64,000 nt of DNA from Auanema rhodensis (GCA_964057225.1 OZ059900.1:10664001-10728000), one strand, 5' to 3'; positions 14,210 through 29,335 are shown, counted from the first letter of the stretch. The notes: generated by a model not told the origin, from the letters alone. Made by a program: numbers and translations.

Positions 14210-17200
14210 ATGCCAAACAGACGGGAACAAGACGATGAATATGCACAAGATGGCAACTTACGGGATATGGAACCGGAATTAGGATTTTCGAATATGACTT
14301 TAGCACATTCAGGTATCTTTAAAATGATTATGAATGAAAAATAAAAATTGATTATGCATAATATTAATTATTCTTATGGAAACAAAAAATTACAAATGGA
14401 GAAAAAAAATTTTTACTCTTGAACGGAAGTTCAGAAAAACCTTTAATTACAAAAAATTTAAATCACCTCATTTACCTAAAATTTGCATAATTTTAAAATT
14501 ATCTAATTTTCAAGATAATTTTTTCGAAATATTTCTTCTCTGGCCTGAGATTGAATATTTGCACTTTGGTATCTCTTCTCATATTTTGAAAAGATTAGAA
14601 AATCTTCGATAAATTCATAATTTTGGTTTGGGACTATCAATCACATTAGTATTCTAAAGTACGTAAATTATATGAATTGCGTGCCCTGCTCTTCCTCTCG
14701 TGTTCAGTGGTGGGACCCTTATCACAATTAGCGTTGGAGGCAGATAACAATTTTCCGTTGTCTCTTTCATGTGAGTGTCACTGAATTTAAGCTGTCACTC
14801 TATCTTTATTTCTCTGTTTCTCTTCACATTTAAACGATCTTACCAACACATTACGCTCGGTTCTCATCTATAGCTTTCTGTCTCCATACACGCAGTTACT
14901 ATCCGCACCGCCGCAATCATTCTAGTGTCCGATTGCCACCCAGCTTAACCATAGACTTCACTCGTTTCACGGAATAGTTTCAAGCCTTCTCACCTCATAT
15001 GCAACATAAAAATGAGGCAACTATGAATATTATCAGATAGTTTAAAATAACTTTTTCCTAATCGTTTTTTTTGTTACTTTTCTTCGCTCATTCATCATTC
15101 TAGAAACGATTCGGCTTAAGATCCTGACATGATGACCTTGTAAACCCTGCATCTCCTTTTTAGAATTGAAGTCTTTTCATGTAATCTGTCATCTTCATTT
15201 TCACACCTTTTGGTTTAACAAACTACGAAAAGATCGTTGATTCTCCACATTCTATATTATCTATGTTGATGGCTATTTCTTTTATTTGAAGCTTTGCAGC
15301 TTACATTTTAATTTAAGGAATGGACGAAGTTGTTGATCAGATGTTACCAGTCGCTCCTGATGGTGGATATGGATGGGTTATTGTTTTCGCGGCATTTATG
15401 TCAAATTTGATTGTTGACGGTATCTGTAATGCATTTGGAGAATTAAAAGGAGCCTTCAAACAAAAATTCGGAGTATTGTCATAATGTTTTTCTCATTCAA
15501 GTTACTGAGTTATAGGCAAACGATGCTGTAACAGCTCTTATAGGATCTCTTTTGATTGGAGTTTATTTATTAGTTGGTATGCATTATCAGCTCTTAATGA
15601 CAGATACTAAACGTATTCTATTTTTTAAGGTCCTTTGGTTGGTGGCCTTGTTAATAAGTATGGTGCACGTAAAACTGTCATTCTTGGAGCAGTAATCGGT
15701 GGAACCGGCCTACTACTATCTGCAGCCGCACCAAATATTTCCATTTTCTTAATATTATATGGAGTAGTTGGTGGTATCGGATTTGGAATGATTTATCTTC
15801 CAGCCATTGTTATTGTCGGTTTTTATTTCGAAAGCAAAAGGTATGTTATGAGAGAAAATAAGTAAAAAATCTTCAAACAACATGAAGAATCAATTCTCCA
15901 ACAACGCAATAAAAATCTTGCTTACAGCTAAATTTTTATCCAAAAAAAGTTAAAAATGTGAACTTTTTAGAGCTGTCGCTACTGGTGTTGCAGTCGCAGG
16001 TTCAGGTGTAGGAACTATTGTTATACCTATGTTATCTGAGTATTGCTTAAAAGGTATGGAGAATTTTAATTGATAAGAGTAAAAGCCTCGAAAAGGTTAT
16101 CTATATCAATTCTTAATACAAACACTGATATTTGCAGAATTTGGATTGGTCAAAACTTTGTTCACTCTCGCTGCTCTTCTTTTCTCCTGTGCTCTGTATG
16201 GAATACTCTACCGACCATTAACTACTGAAACACCAACTGATAAGGATGTTGAAATGAATTTATTGAAGAATGAAGAGGTCAGTGATTAAATATACAAAAA
16301 AAATGAAAAAGGTTTAAGCAAACGTTAATTTTTTCCAAGTTAGAGTCTGTTACAATATAAATAGAAATAAATTTAGGATAAACTTGATGCTATATCTGCT
16401 CAATCACCAAAAGGAGATGATGGACGTTCCAGGTTGCATACATTTTTTTCTTTACATTAAGCATTAAACTTTATAGCCGTAATGGAAGCACTTCACAACG
16501 TAAACCTACTCTCACCAGGTAATACGCCACGTTTTTAATCTGTAAAAACAATAGTATTTTAAGCCTTCCCATGGGAGCAATTTCTTCCACAGCATTGAAC
16601 ACATCAAGATGCAATTTAGAAGGAAATGCTTTTAGTCGTGTTTCTGCCAAAAATTTGGCTCAATCCATGAGTGGTCTTAATCAGTCCAATTTGAGCATCG
16701 CTCTGAGCGTATGAACCAATAGCTTATTTTAACGACATTGAGAAACATGTTTAGGGGGTTGATCCACAGGAGTTCTCCAGACCATTGAACCGATCCGACA
16801 TTTTCTTTACCGGTTCTATTAAAAACTTAAAGGAGTTTAAGCAAGAAGGATCCAATCTTCAACAATATCGTGCTTCCGTGCTCTCTATTCCTCGTTCAAC
16901 TCTCGCTGCGGGGCTAGGAAGTGGAGATTTGCATCCAGGAGATCAAGAAGATTACGACGATGGGTGAGTTAATATATGTTTTTTTTTTTCGAATTAAGCA
17001 ACCAATACAGGAACTCAAAATAATCAAGAATCATGTTTTGTTTTAGAAAATGTAAATGTCTGCCTCTTTCTGTCCGCAATACTTTCAATGAAATGATTGA
17101 TTTGGAAATGCTCAAGGAGCCTATTATGATCTGTTTATGCTTATCTAATCTGTTGGGAATGATGGGTTTCTACATTCCTATTCTTTTCATGAAAGATTTG

Positions 17201-19512
17201 GCTAACGCTGCTGGAGTTTCTGCCGAATTGAGCAAATTCCTCATTCCCTTATTTGGAGTGACCAACACCGTTGGTATGTTTTTGTAATGTGAAAAATCAC
17301 TTATTTGAGTGACTAACACTGTTGGTAAAAAATTGTTATAACTATTAACGTTATAGGCAGGGTTGTCTTTGGATGGGTGGCTGATCAAGGATATATGAGC
17401 GCTTTGAACATCAACAATTTATCTCTCTTGAGTTGTGGAGTTCTGACTATTATTTCTCCATTACTTACTTCTTTTAATCAACTCATGGTTTACTCCGCTG
17501 TTTTTGGATTTATCATTTGTAGAGAAATTTCACATGTGTACAAATAAGCAAACATTTTTCAGCCGCTTACATTAGTTTAACATCTATTGTTTTGACTGAT
17601 CTGTTGGGATTAGACAGATTAACCAATTCCTTTGGAATTCTTGTTGTAGCCAGAGGTATTGCATCTCTTGCTGGTGCACCTTTTGCTGGTATGTTAAGCA
17701 AAATCAAATATTTTCTTGTCAATGCAAATTTTTTTAGGTGTTGTTTATGAAATGACTAATTCTTATCCTGCCGCTTTTGCTTTCGCTGGAGTTCTCATTA
17801 TTCTTTCTGGAATCATCTCATGCTTAGTACCATGCGTATCTAAGAAAGGAAAGAATAAGCAAGGAGTATCAGGTATGAGTGAAATTCAGAATTAATACCA
17901 AATGAAGTTAATAATAGAGAAGGAGTCGAAAATGTGTCAAATAGTTTATTAATATATTCTCTTCAACAAAAAAACGCATTTTGTTTCCAGCTGCGCAGCA
18001 ACACTATTACTTCGCCATTCCTTTAAATATAATTTTTATTTCAAGCAAAACTAAATATTGAAAGCGCTGCTAAATTCTTATATTATAAAACATCTAAAAA
18101 TATTCACAGCTGGTTTTATATTCAAAAGTTAAGAGAGAAAGTTTATTCAGGAAAAAAACAAAAAAGTGAAGATGAATTATCTGGCAAACTCTCCGTCGTA
18201 TCTGAACGCTCGGAAGAGAATTTAACCGATTATCAGCGCACTTTACAAAGCTTACGTCAACAAAGCGCATTATTAAAAGGTAGACTCGGTGGATGTGTCG
18301 TGTTTGTGCATGAGCCTTTATGCTATGTTAGTAGTTTTATTCTAGCTGTTTCTCTTTTTTATTTCTGCTTGTTTACGTGAATAGTTATAGTTATGATTTA
18401 CTTTCTGTTTATAATGTATTACGATAATGCAGTATAGACAGCTATCATTTTGCGCAGAGATTTAAAACACAAAATATGAAATTATAATGTATGCATTTCA
18501 TCACATTCTGTTTCATATTATGTATATATCGAATTCTTACATACATATCTGTGGTTATGTTATAATTCCAGAAATCACGTTCTATTTCCAAATTTACTTC
18601 GCCTCACTACTTTTCATTTAAATGCTCTATTTGACATAATTGAGCATAATTTGCGGGTCATTTGAGAAAAAGTTATAAAAAAGTGCAAGATTCAACAAAA
18701 TTCATTTTGTTCAAAACAGCCTACTCTTGTTGGGATTTTCCCCTTCTTTCAGTTTTTTTATAATGCTTTAGGCAGATAACTTTTAGCTTTCTCTGCCTTT
18801 GCGGCTAAATTCTTACTTCCGATATCATTTTCCGGTCCTCGATGTCCTAATGATATTCGTTTAAGCTGGCTGTCTTGACTTTTTTATTTGCTCCTCGGAA
18901 AAAAGATTTCTGTCAAAGCAATTCAATTTCTTTCTATGTTGGAAAACTTGTGTTGCATGGCATCTCAAGGGACTTCTTTCTAAACAAATTTCTCAGTGCT
19001 TCACGTATAGCTTCAAAATAAAAATTTAATATTCCGATTTCAAAGTTTGAACAATGGAACATAGCTTTGTGATACAAATTTTATTCCTATAATTTTTGCC
19101 AAAACTGAGAGTTTTAGTAATTTGTTGGAGATTACTTACATTTGTAGTTCACGTAATCTTTTGCCATTTTATTCTTTTCAACTTTCATATTTGTTCACAT
19201 GAACAAAGGCAATGATTATGATCTTCAGTTAATGAAACGTTTAGTTGCAGTTGAATTTCAAGACTAAACTTGTTTTAAAAAATATAAGCGATTGGTAAAA
19301 TTAGAATAGATTGTGGTGTGCTTCCCTGCAACCAGTGAAACTTAAATATATTTTATTTTTTTATTCTCATTACAATATACATATATATATATATGTGTGT
19401 GTATGTGTGTATATATAGAATATATTTTTCAGAAATTGAAAAGCAGAAAAATAGCGATGGCAAATTGTTGGAAAAAACTGATGATCATCAGGCAGAGAAA
19501 TCTGAAAACTAA
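14210..19512 (+). CDS. Monocarboxylate transporter (SLC16/MCT family, MFS), multi-exon
   Basis: SLC16 signature APDGGYGWVIVFAAF in the exon from 15318, then GPLVGGLVNKYGARK, GIGFGMIYLPAIVIVGFYFESKR, LNRSDIFFTGSIKNL and GRVVFGWVAD. ATG 14210 follows the acceptor ttgcag; last exon ends TAA 19510-19512. The N-terminus is uncertain. Confidence 0.92.
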
Positions 19513-21622
19513 TAAAATTATATGATTACAGATTGCTATTTTTTAAAAATATTGTTTTTATTCCAGTTTAATTATATATTATTTTAGTTCAATTTTTTTT
19601 TCAATTGAAAAAAAAACTCGCTCTTGTTTCCTTTACTCCATCATTCTCACATTTTTCGCAATAGCTTAGGTATTTCTCACCGTTTAAAGCAGAATATCAT
19701 TAAATAGTTTGGAAAATGAGAAAGGTATCCGCGTATTCGGAACGGGTGAGACCTACTTCAACTGTACTATCTGTTCTACCGATTGTGTTTTGTTTTCTGT
19801 TTTATAGCCTTCTTTATCTTCCATACGAACCTTTCTCTTCATCTTTCTCTCTGTTTTTTGTTCTCTTACTCCTTTTCTAAGATGATATTTTTTTGTGAAA
19901 CTGATCACTATGTGACATGCCATTTGTTTTCTATAGCTTTTTATCATGTTTTTTTTTTAGTTTTCACTGCATTAGTTGTCGCTGATAGTTAAACAAAATA
20001 AATTTTCGTTTTCACTGTGATATAAATACTAAGGGCAGAGCACATATTATTTGGAAATAGTGAGTATAATACATATTCTTTAGAAATAGGCAGTTTATAT
20101 CAAAGTCCTTCAAGACAAATGCACACTTTCAAAGTTTTAATATAGGAATTGTGCAAGTTTTATAGCTCTTTGTCAACAATCAAGCTGAGTGCCAAAAAAA
20201 TGGAGGGAAAGCTTTAAATGAACTTTCTCTTCATTGCATTCATATTCTTAAATAAGCATGCACACATTCATACTTACATAGACATATATATGTATACACT
20301 CATGTAAGTAGACTTTTACATTCCAACCTAAAAAGTTTGAGTAGAATGCATTCTACATTGAAGCGTCATGAGTGAGTGGCGGTTTGTTGAGATGAAAAAA
20401 TTGAGTTGGTCAGCAAACGCTGAACCAGCAGCAACTCTATAAGGCAAAGAACGAGTAAGAAAGCAAAATGAGCTAAAAGAGCACAAAATGCGGTTCCTGA
20501 ACTCAGATCATTGAGCATCCGAGGGGGAGCAGGAAAGCCGTCATTCTTGACACTGCTGACGTTATAAAACAAGAACTATAGGTTGGTCTTTGTCGTTGGC
20601 GCCTTGATCTAGTAATCAGTTGCAGCTCAATCATCTTGCCGTTCTTATTTTCTGTCTTTTTTGGAGATAGCCAACGTTGTTGCCGCAGTTTTCGTGAAAG
20701 TCGCCATTGGAATAAGCTAGAAAAGTGTAGAGAAGTGTAGCGAGTAGAGAGCCAATCATGAGCACAATTGTTCTCACTTCTGTTCCCCTTCATTGCATTA
20801 GGCCATAGCTGAATGCAGCAATTATCCACTCCTTTCAGATGATTTCGTTTGGAAAAGATCTTCTTTTCGTTCAGGAAACACGGAGAAGAAGAAGCATTGC
20901 ATGGGGCATGCCTTTAGCAAATTGTCTCCATTTTCTGCCGGCATGCTTTATCTGTTTTCTCATTCATTTCACAATCTTTCCCAGTTTCTGCATCTATTTC
21001 AAAAATTCTTTTCATTTCACCATTTTAAGCTCTTCTCTTATCTTTGTATCTATTTCTAAATATCCTTTCTTTGTTCAGCAACCACTTTGTTTCGGTTTTT
21101 TCTTCATCTCAGTTTTCCTCAATTCTTCGCAACATTTAGTATCTTCGTGTTCTTTTAAATTTTACTTCCACTCTCGTTATTCTTTCAATTATACATTAAA
21201 ATCTCTCTTTTTTACATTGAAACCTCATTTCTGAACCTTCAATCCATTTCTACTTTAATTCTCTGTGCTCAATGTTTTTTCTTTGTCCCCTCTTTTCATC
21301 ATCTTCTTTTGTTGCGTCATGTATTCATTTTTGCTTTTTTCCAAGCAACCCTCTCGGTATCATTCATCAGTTTACGATCAAAATTTTTCAATTATTTTTT
21401 TAGAGTTTTGTTAGTCATAAAGTTTGCAATCTATTAAATTGTCTAAACTTAAAAATAAGCTTTCTATAACTTGCATATATTATACATGAAAGTTAAAAAA
21501 CTGCCTGTATTCCTTAACGATACTTCAATGACGTAATCTTCGTCTCTTATAATTTTTTAAACTGTCTTATTTCAGCTTTATCCTTTTTTATATATTCTAG
21601 TCATGATTCTTTTTTTCTCCCA

Positions 21623-21624
<2 letters not shown>

Positions 21625-21655
<31 letters not shown>
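21625..21655. repeat. (CT)n microsatellite
   Basis: Directly visible. Confidence 0.9.
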
Positions 21656-21659
<4 letters not shown>

Positions 21660-23970
21660 CTCCTCCTTGTCATTCACTTTCTTTTTCTTTTTCACTACTT
21701 CATGCATTCCATCTATATCTTTCTCTAATTCTATTCTTTTACGCCTTCTCTTCCTCTTTCATTCTCATAACTTGTTCTTTCATCGCTGCAGGATAATTTT
21801 GCGTTCTCTATCTCCTTTTTCTTCGTATCACTCTCATCACACTTATTTATCTCTCACTTCTCTTTCTTGCTGCTCTACTCTCTCAAGTGCTCATAATCTC
21901 TCTAACTCTTTATGTGCCATTTTCTTTTTCCTTTTCTCTGCATTCTAACATTTTTGTGCTCCTCCTGTTCAATTAATCTATAATATTGAAATTTATGAAG
22001 CATAGTAGCCATTACCACTGTTTTTTTAAATCTTTCTCTTGACTATCTGCATATACACCACAGCAATTGAATTCTCTATTCACAATTGCATTTCTACGCT
22101 CGCTTCATCTCTATCTTCTTACTGCTTCAATTACATACGCTTTGGCAATTCCAATTATATTAGTTCCGCGAAAGAGTGCTTTTTGCACTCAATCTTGAGT
22201 CTGTCCACTGCCATCTGCCTATATGTTGTGCATTTTTATTCATGTAGGGTATATTCGTTTCAACTTGTTTTTTTATTAATTCATAAAAAAGTTAATATGT
22301 CATAATGCATTGCCACTAAAGCTCAATTTTTTTACTACATTTTTACATTCAAAGCTATGAAAATATGAAAAGAAATACGAATATACTTGACCTCTCTTCG
22401 CTTCAGTTCTCATTACGTCACATAATAGAATGCAAAACAAAAAGAAAAAAGCTGAAAATACTCATTCTCATGGTAACAATTTATTTTTAATTTTATTAAA
22501 TTATTATCTTTTCTGATAAAAATGTGTAAAAGAGCTTAGCACAGTTAGGTTTTCCTGCCTAATCCCAGAGAATCAGTTGTGATTTTATCTCATTTTTCGT
22601 AATTCAAATCGAAAAAAGAGGCGTTTGAAACAACAGAGATGAAAACAAGCGTTGATTTTTTCTTTCCTTTTTATTCGTAATATAAATATTTGTCATTCCA
22701 TTTTGAGCTTAAATTGATAATACAACCCGTAAATTAAAATATTTATATCCGCGTACTTCTTTTAAATAGCAATTTTTTATACATCAATTTTTATGTGAAA
22801 TAGAGAGCTATGTTGAGAGGAATCGTGATATTCAAGGAAGAGAGAAATCTGAATAGATAGAAAGAAAGTGGCAGAGTGACGGAGGTATAACTAGAAATAG
22901 GAAATGCTTTATAATCTTTCTTTTTTCCTCTCACCTATCATTACATATTTTAAGAGCTAAGTAGTTAGCTAATCGATTTTATGATTATGCTTCTCCTCTT
23001 ACATCATCATTCTCATGCACATCATCGTCATCTTTTTTCATCTTCGGCTTTATTTTTTATACGTTTGCTTCGTTTTCTTTTTTTCTTATACATATATTCA
23101 TTGCTCTCGATTTTCTTAATAATCCAAAACCACCATCGTTATAATAACTCGTTTTCGTTTAAAGCATGTAATCCCATTTCCGCTTAACAAGATAACAGCT
23201 TATTAAATATTTCTCTTAATACTAAATATTTCTAGCGAGCAGCTTCATTTCTCACTGATGCCTAACGAGCCTTTCAAAGAATATTTTTTTTGTGTTCAAT
23301 GATAAAAATCATATTTTCGGCCTATTACAGCTTTAGCTTTTTCTTTCATTTCGGCCATCATCTCTAAATCTCTCTGATCTCTTTCTTTTTTCTTTCAACC
23401 TATTTTTCTCACACTATCTATGCCTCCTTTCTCTCTTGTACTCTCGTTACCTCATTTCCCCTTCAGTCGCTTTTTTTTCGTTTGTGTAGTGTTAAAAACG
23501 TTTTCAGCACAAAAACTTATAAAAAGAATACTACAACGAAAACGAAAACTAGTGCGAAGCTAAGAACAGCTCTAAACGAACAGCGCTGGCTTCTGGTTTC
23601 AATCATAGATACACAAGTAGAATTGAATACAGAAAACCTGGGGTTCATGTTCTTGTTGCTCTGTCTCGATGTCTAGCTCGTCTTCATTAACTTGTTTTTA
23701 TTCTCTTATTTTTCTTTTTTTCTTGCTTTTCATACTAGAACAACAGAAATAATTTTTTTCTTTTTTTTTGTTGCAATTTTGCTGTTTGCTCGCTTGTGGA
23801 TAAAACTTTGTCTCTGAAGCCATTAAAACATTTTTCCAGCTGAATATATTTAAATATGAACTTAATACTCCCACCTCAATTTCTATATCTATATGTATGA
23901 GTAGTGAGTATGATGCAGCTGTGCTTTCGTCAAGAAAATGTATATTATTTTTAAAAGTATAGCGATAGGA

Positions 23971-23971
<1 letters not shown>

Positions 23972-24009
<38 letters not shown>
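23972..24009. repeat. (TA)n microsatellite
   Basis: Directly visible. Confidence 0.9.
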
Positions 24010-24016
<7 letters not shown>

Positions 24017-25870
24017 TGTTTACTAAATCTATGCATGTATTTATTTCTTGGATATTTTTTTTAGTATATATAAATACTATATAAACATATGATTATTAGT
24101 ATAAAAACTTATTTTATAATCATTGTTACGCCATACTATGGATTACATATTGCTATCTGGTCTTCTATATCCACATGTGCAATAACTATATCTTTATTAA
24201 TTATTCAACTATATGTATAGATACATGTATAAAGCTTATATTTTAGAAACGAACTATTATAAATAAAAAAAATTTCACGATTAAAATAGTTTATATAAGT
24301 CGGCATAAATATGCATATGTGCTTAGATAAGTTACCTGATAACGACAAATCTTTACATTAGGCTATAATCCATTAAGCTTATATAATCGTTTGAGTCTGT
24401 GTCAATAAATTAAAGATTAACAAGATTTTTTGACATAACGTCTCAAGAAGGAAAAGAAGAAAATTTGAAGAGAAAAAAGAAAAACGAAAGATATAAAGAT
24501 ATGCACATGAGATGCTTGGAGACGGCTAAGTTAATGCGCATACGCTAGAAAATGAGATGAGATGTGAGACAGATAGAGAATGAGAAAGATATTGAGTGAA
24601 CCCATCGTCTTTTAAACTTCCCAGTTAATTGCTGCTCTTCGTATGAGAAAGATGCATATAAGATATGTTTCAGGCATATTCTTGAAATTATACAAGATGC
24701 AATGCATATTTCTTTCTTTAACGCTAGGTTTCTACAAGTTTGAGTTTGTTTATTATTGACACAACTTATGACAGATGTGTATATATTGCAGCTTATGTTT
24801 TTTATTATTTTTCAATTATTCTTAAATTTGCTTAGTTGGAATATTTGATTTCAATTTTCATATTGTTTTTTTTTGTTAACTAGAAATTGAACTAAACTGT
24901 ATTAGAGTTGTGTAGATTTAAAAACATTCCGATTTTCCAAATATTGTGAAAATATTCACACAAAAATTAAGAGCAGCATGAAACTAAGTGATGATAAAGG
25001 ATCAATAAAAAAGAATGAGAAAGAGCATGAGAGTAAAAGACAAGTGATTGAGGACAACTCAATTTTTTCTCATATTCAAACCCAATTGCATATTTCGTTC
25101 TCCTCAACTATAATTCAGTGTTCATTTTTCCCAATCTCATTAGAAATTCGCATTTCCGTTTTTAAAATATTTCTTTATAAATTACTATCTCAATATGTTC
25201 TTGGAAAGGTTCAAAAAAATAATTTGTATATATTCTCTCTCTCTTTTTTCTTTTCTTTGTCTCTATAACTCTCTCTTTATCTCTTTCCCTGCAATCCGTA
25301 TAATTCTTGAATTCGTTGTGTCCACTCATTTTCTTTTGCCAACTGCATTCTTCAATCACCATCTACCCTTTCGATCCCGTTCTCAGCAACACCATCCTCA
25401 TTCATTTATTATTCCTGAATAAAAAGAGTAGACATAGGCAAGCTATTTCCTTCTTCTTTTATTTTTTCTCGCAAATTTCTTCGTTCATCGCAGCATTTTA
25501 TACCCAGTTTGTATGTTTTTTTCGTTTAGACAAGCTTTCAAAATCTCAGTACTGCTTTGGCTGTTTCTCCATCTTTGTGCTCGACTCTGTTTTGTTAGTC
25601 GTTTGAACGACGTCAACATGATCTTTCGTTAATATTATCGAGGATATTCCATCACCAGATCTATCAGCATCTTATCCCAATACGAAAGCAGTGTCTGGGG
25701 TGTGTGTGTGTGTTTCTGTGAGAGTGAGTGACGTGTGTGTGTGTGTGTGAGTGCAAGAGTGTCAGTGTGTGAGTCAGATAGTGATTGGTTCAAGACTAGT
25801 ACAGAGCCAGTGGTTGATCCATAACAAAGAATAGCTACAATTAAACAGCAAGGCAGTGTTTTTATGCAAC

Positions 25871-28800
25871 ATGATTAATCTTGGATTATCATTGAGTATC
25901 ACATCCGGACCACACAATGTGTCTACATTGGAATCTAACCTGTTAGCTAGCGGCTCATTAGCCCCATGTCTGGCTGTTTTCGACGTTTTTATAGCATTTT
26001 TTCTAGTAAGTCGTTAATCTTCTAAGACAAAAAAAATCATTTTAATCTGTGTTATCCTTGATAGAAATTTTAAACTATTTTCAACCCTGCCTCATTAATC
26101 TATTTGAACTATCTTTATGGTCAAGCCACTTTGAAGAAAACAAAAAAAACTACGTCATTACTTTCCAAATTTTTTTGCTTTTTTTCTCATTTAATCTTGT
26201 TTTTAGGTCATGCTCATTCTACTCACAATTGTTGGTAATGTCCTTATTGTACTTTCGGTTGTAGTTTATAAACGAATGCGAACGTTCACTAACCTACTGC
26301 TGACGTCACTGGCTACAGCAGGTAAAAATCCATCTCACATATATAAATTTTTTTTAAAATTCTGCAGAACACAATGAAATAATATAATTTGAAAAAAAAA
26401 GTGTAATGAAATAATGAAAAGTAGTTATGTTATATACAATTTTAAATGATACAAAAAAATGAATATTCTTTGTTCTTTCATACAATTATTGTTAATTAGA
26501 GGATTTATTTTTACTAGAAACACTGAATCAGACTTTATCACAATTTACTAAAAACTTTTTTTTTCAATTTTGCTTTTTTACTATTTAGCTTGAATGTTAA
26601 CTAGTGCCATAAAAAATAATATTCAATATTGAATAAATAATACACAAGCAGAATTCATTAACATCTTTCAATACAATTATCATCAGATTTGTTGGTTGGA
26701 TTAATAGTTATGCCGCTGTCATTATTAGATCTACTATATGAACATCGTTGGCCACTAGGTAATATCACTATATTAATTAATAATATAATCATAAAAAAAT
26801 ATAAGAGGATGTTGTATATAATAATTATATATATTGCAATTTTTGGAATAATTCCTCCACAACAATTTTCGAAAATAGTATTTTGTTATGATTTAATTGC
26901 TTTAAGGAAAAGTGCTTTGTGGTGTTTGGGCTACTTCGGATGTATTGCTGTGTACAGCTAGTATTCTCAATTTATGCGCGATAAGCTTAGATCGCTATAT
27001 GGCTATAACATCACCGTTAAAATATACTCGAACGAGGCAAGTTATCTCAAATATAATCTGCATATATGAATGAAGAGAAAGAAGAAGATGAGAGAGAAGA
27101 ATGGAGACGCTATCTTATTTTCTCTATCTTTTTTCAACGTTTGTATTCTAATTTCTTATATTTATTTTGCGATCAGCTTATCTTTGTCTTTTTTTCAAAG
27201 CTTCAAATCAAAGATAGCCCTATCTGCTAAACCTTCCCTTCAAATGCAGACAACAAAAGCTTTTCTCTTTCGATTCTTTAGAGAAGAACAGGAAGTCGTG
27301 GGAAATAAGAAAAAGAAGGGGCGATTATGAATATATAAACACGGAACAGAAATTTTGCTGCAAGTCAAAAGTAAAAGGAGAGAGAATGAAAATTAAGTGG
27401 ATACTGCGATGGAAAAAATTGAAATAACTGAATTATATTTGAATTTATTTAGATCTCGGGGAATGGCAATTGGTCTTTTATCTTCAGTTTGGATATTGTC
27501 GTTCATTGTTTGTACTCCACCATGGATTGTTCCCGGATGGAACATTTTTGAGCAAAGCAAACAAGTATGTATCTATTCTATATATTCATGAGATAGGAAG
27601 AAAAGTTATTGTTAAAATTAGAAATACTAAATAACTTCGTCGTTCAAATTTAAAAAAAAAAAAACAAAAAAAATCAACTTCACAACATTTACATATTTTT
27701 AGTTTTGAAAAAAGAAAAAAGATCTTTCCTGTTATTCGTTCACTTTTCAGCAGCTTCTCTTGCAAAACAAAACCGAACAAATGACAGATGGCTTCCAATG
27801 TGCCTATTCTTTATCAGTTCCGTATCGGATATATAGCGCTTTAGGAAGTTTCTATATACCACTAATGGTATGTGTGAAGAATACAAACTAAAAATTCATT
27901 GTATCCTTTAGGTTATGCTATCAGTTTACTTTAAAATTTTTCGTGTAGCGTCAGAACGAGAAAATTTGATGCGGAATTCAGTGGGAATATGGAGATTGAG
28001 CAAACGTGCCAAATCAGCGCAGAATAATAATTATAATTATATAAGGTTTCAAATTAATTTGAATATATCAATTTTTTTATGTATTACTTAGAACTTCGAG
28101 TGCGCCACATTCGCATATTCGCAATCGTCAACCCGATTCAATAAGTAGGCACCAGGGAGGATCTAAACGACCATTTACATATAGAAGGTAATTCAATTAA
28201 TTACATTATCTTATGAGTTAAGAAAGAAACAAACTAAAAAAATATTTTTGTAGTCCAACGACGACATATCCAGATCGAGCTAACGAAGAAATGGGAAGCA
28301 TGCTGTATATTGAACTGCAGGGAGAAAGTTTCTCTAGGGATAACGAAATAACAGATGTATAAGTGGTATATCATAAAAATTCATTTATATGTCATTTCAG
28401 ACATCAATTACTGACAGTTCACCTAATCTTAATGGCGCAAAATCTCTGAAAAGAGAGTATCATTCATTAGCTGATATAGCTCATCATGTAAAACTTAAAA
28501 TCTTATTCACCATAAGTAGTTTGAAAAAAATATACAATACACTTTATAGGATGTAACGGTAATAAAAAAAACTGAAAGTCCGCCTGATGCGTTACCAAGT
28601 GACTGTATGGAAGATGGCAATAAAACCAGGTTCACACCAAATAATCTTCTCCAAAAAGTAGTAAATGACACAAAACAATATGAATCTGGAACTTTTTAGG
28701 CGTATGATCATTATCAGATGAATGGACCTGGGAAAGCATCCAGAGGTTCAAAAGAGAAAATGGTTTATCTTCGAGAACGTAAAGCTTTGAAAACAATTGG

Positions 28801-29185
28801 AATTGTTGTCTTAGGTTTGTTTCTCAAAACCTTTATGAGTTTTAATCAAATTCATTATAGGATTTGTTATATGTTGGATGCCTTTCTTTGTTCTCTATTT
28901 AATAGAAGTGTTTGCATCATCAATCAATACATCTCGATGGTTTTCAATAATAAACGAAGTATTTTTGTGGTTGGGTTATTCAAATTCGGTAATATTCATT
29001 TTTTTTGAAATTGAAACTGAATATTTATTTTACTTGTATTGCAGGTGTTAAATCCAATTATTTATACTATGTATAATAGTGATTTCCGACGTTGCTTTCG
29101 TGATCTTCTATCATTTGGTTGCATGAACAATCATCGACGAACAATGAGTGTCAAAAAACTACATCAACAGAGTACAATGTTTTAA
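25871..29185 (+). CDS. ser-3: Biogenic-amine (octopamine-type) class A GPCR, SER-3-like
   Basis: Spliced product has [58 protein letters not shown] (TM3 Asp plus DRY), [48 protein letters not shown] and ends KLHQQSTMF*. The ser-3 assignment rests on my recollection of TM2-TM6 motifs versus the other nematode amine receptors. Confidence 0.85.
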
Positions 29186-29291
29186 ACTTTTGAACAAAAA
29201 GAATATAACACTGAAGAGCTAATATATTTGTTGTTTTTCTTAATTTCTTTAATCCTGAATCACATATAATATTTATTTGTGATTAACATCC

Positions 29292-29294
<3 letters not shown>

Positions 29295-29332
<38 letters not shown>
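29295..29332. repeat. (AT)n microsatellite downstream of the GPCR stop
   Basis: Directly visible. Confidence 0.9.

Positions 29333-29335
<3 letters not shown>

Noticed and set aside
22464-22477. X-box consensus match ATTCTCATGGTAAC
   Set aside because: It lies ~3.4 kb from the nearest start codon, and a degenerate match is expected by chance in AT-rich DNA.
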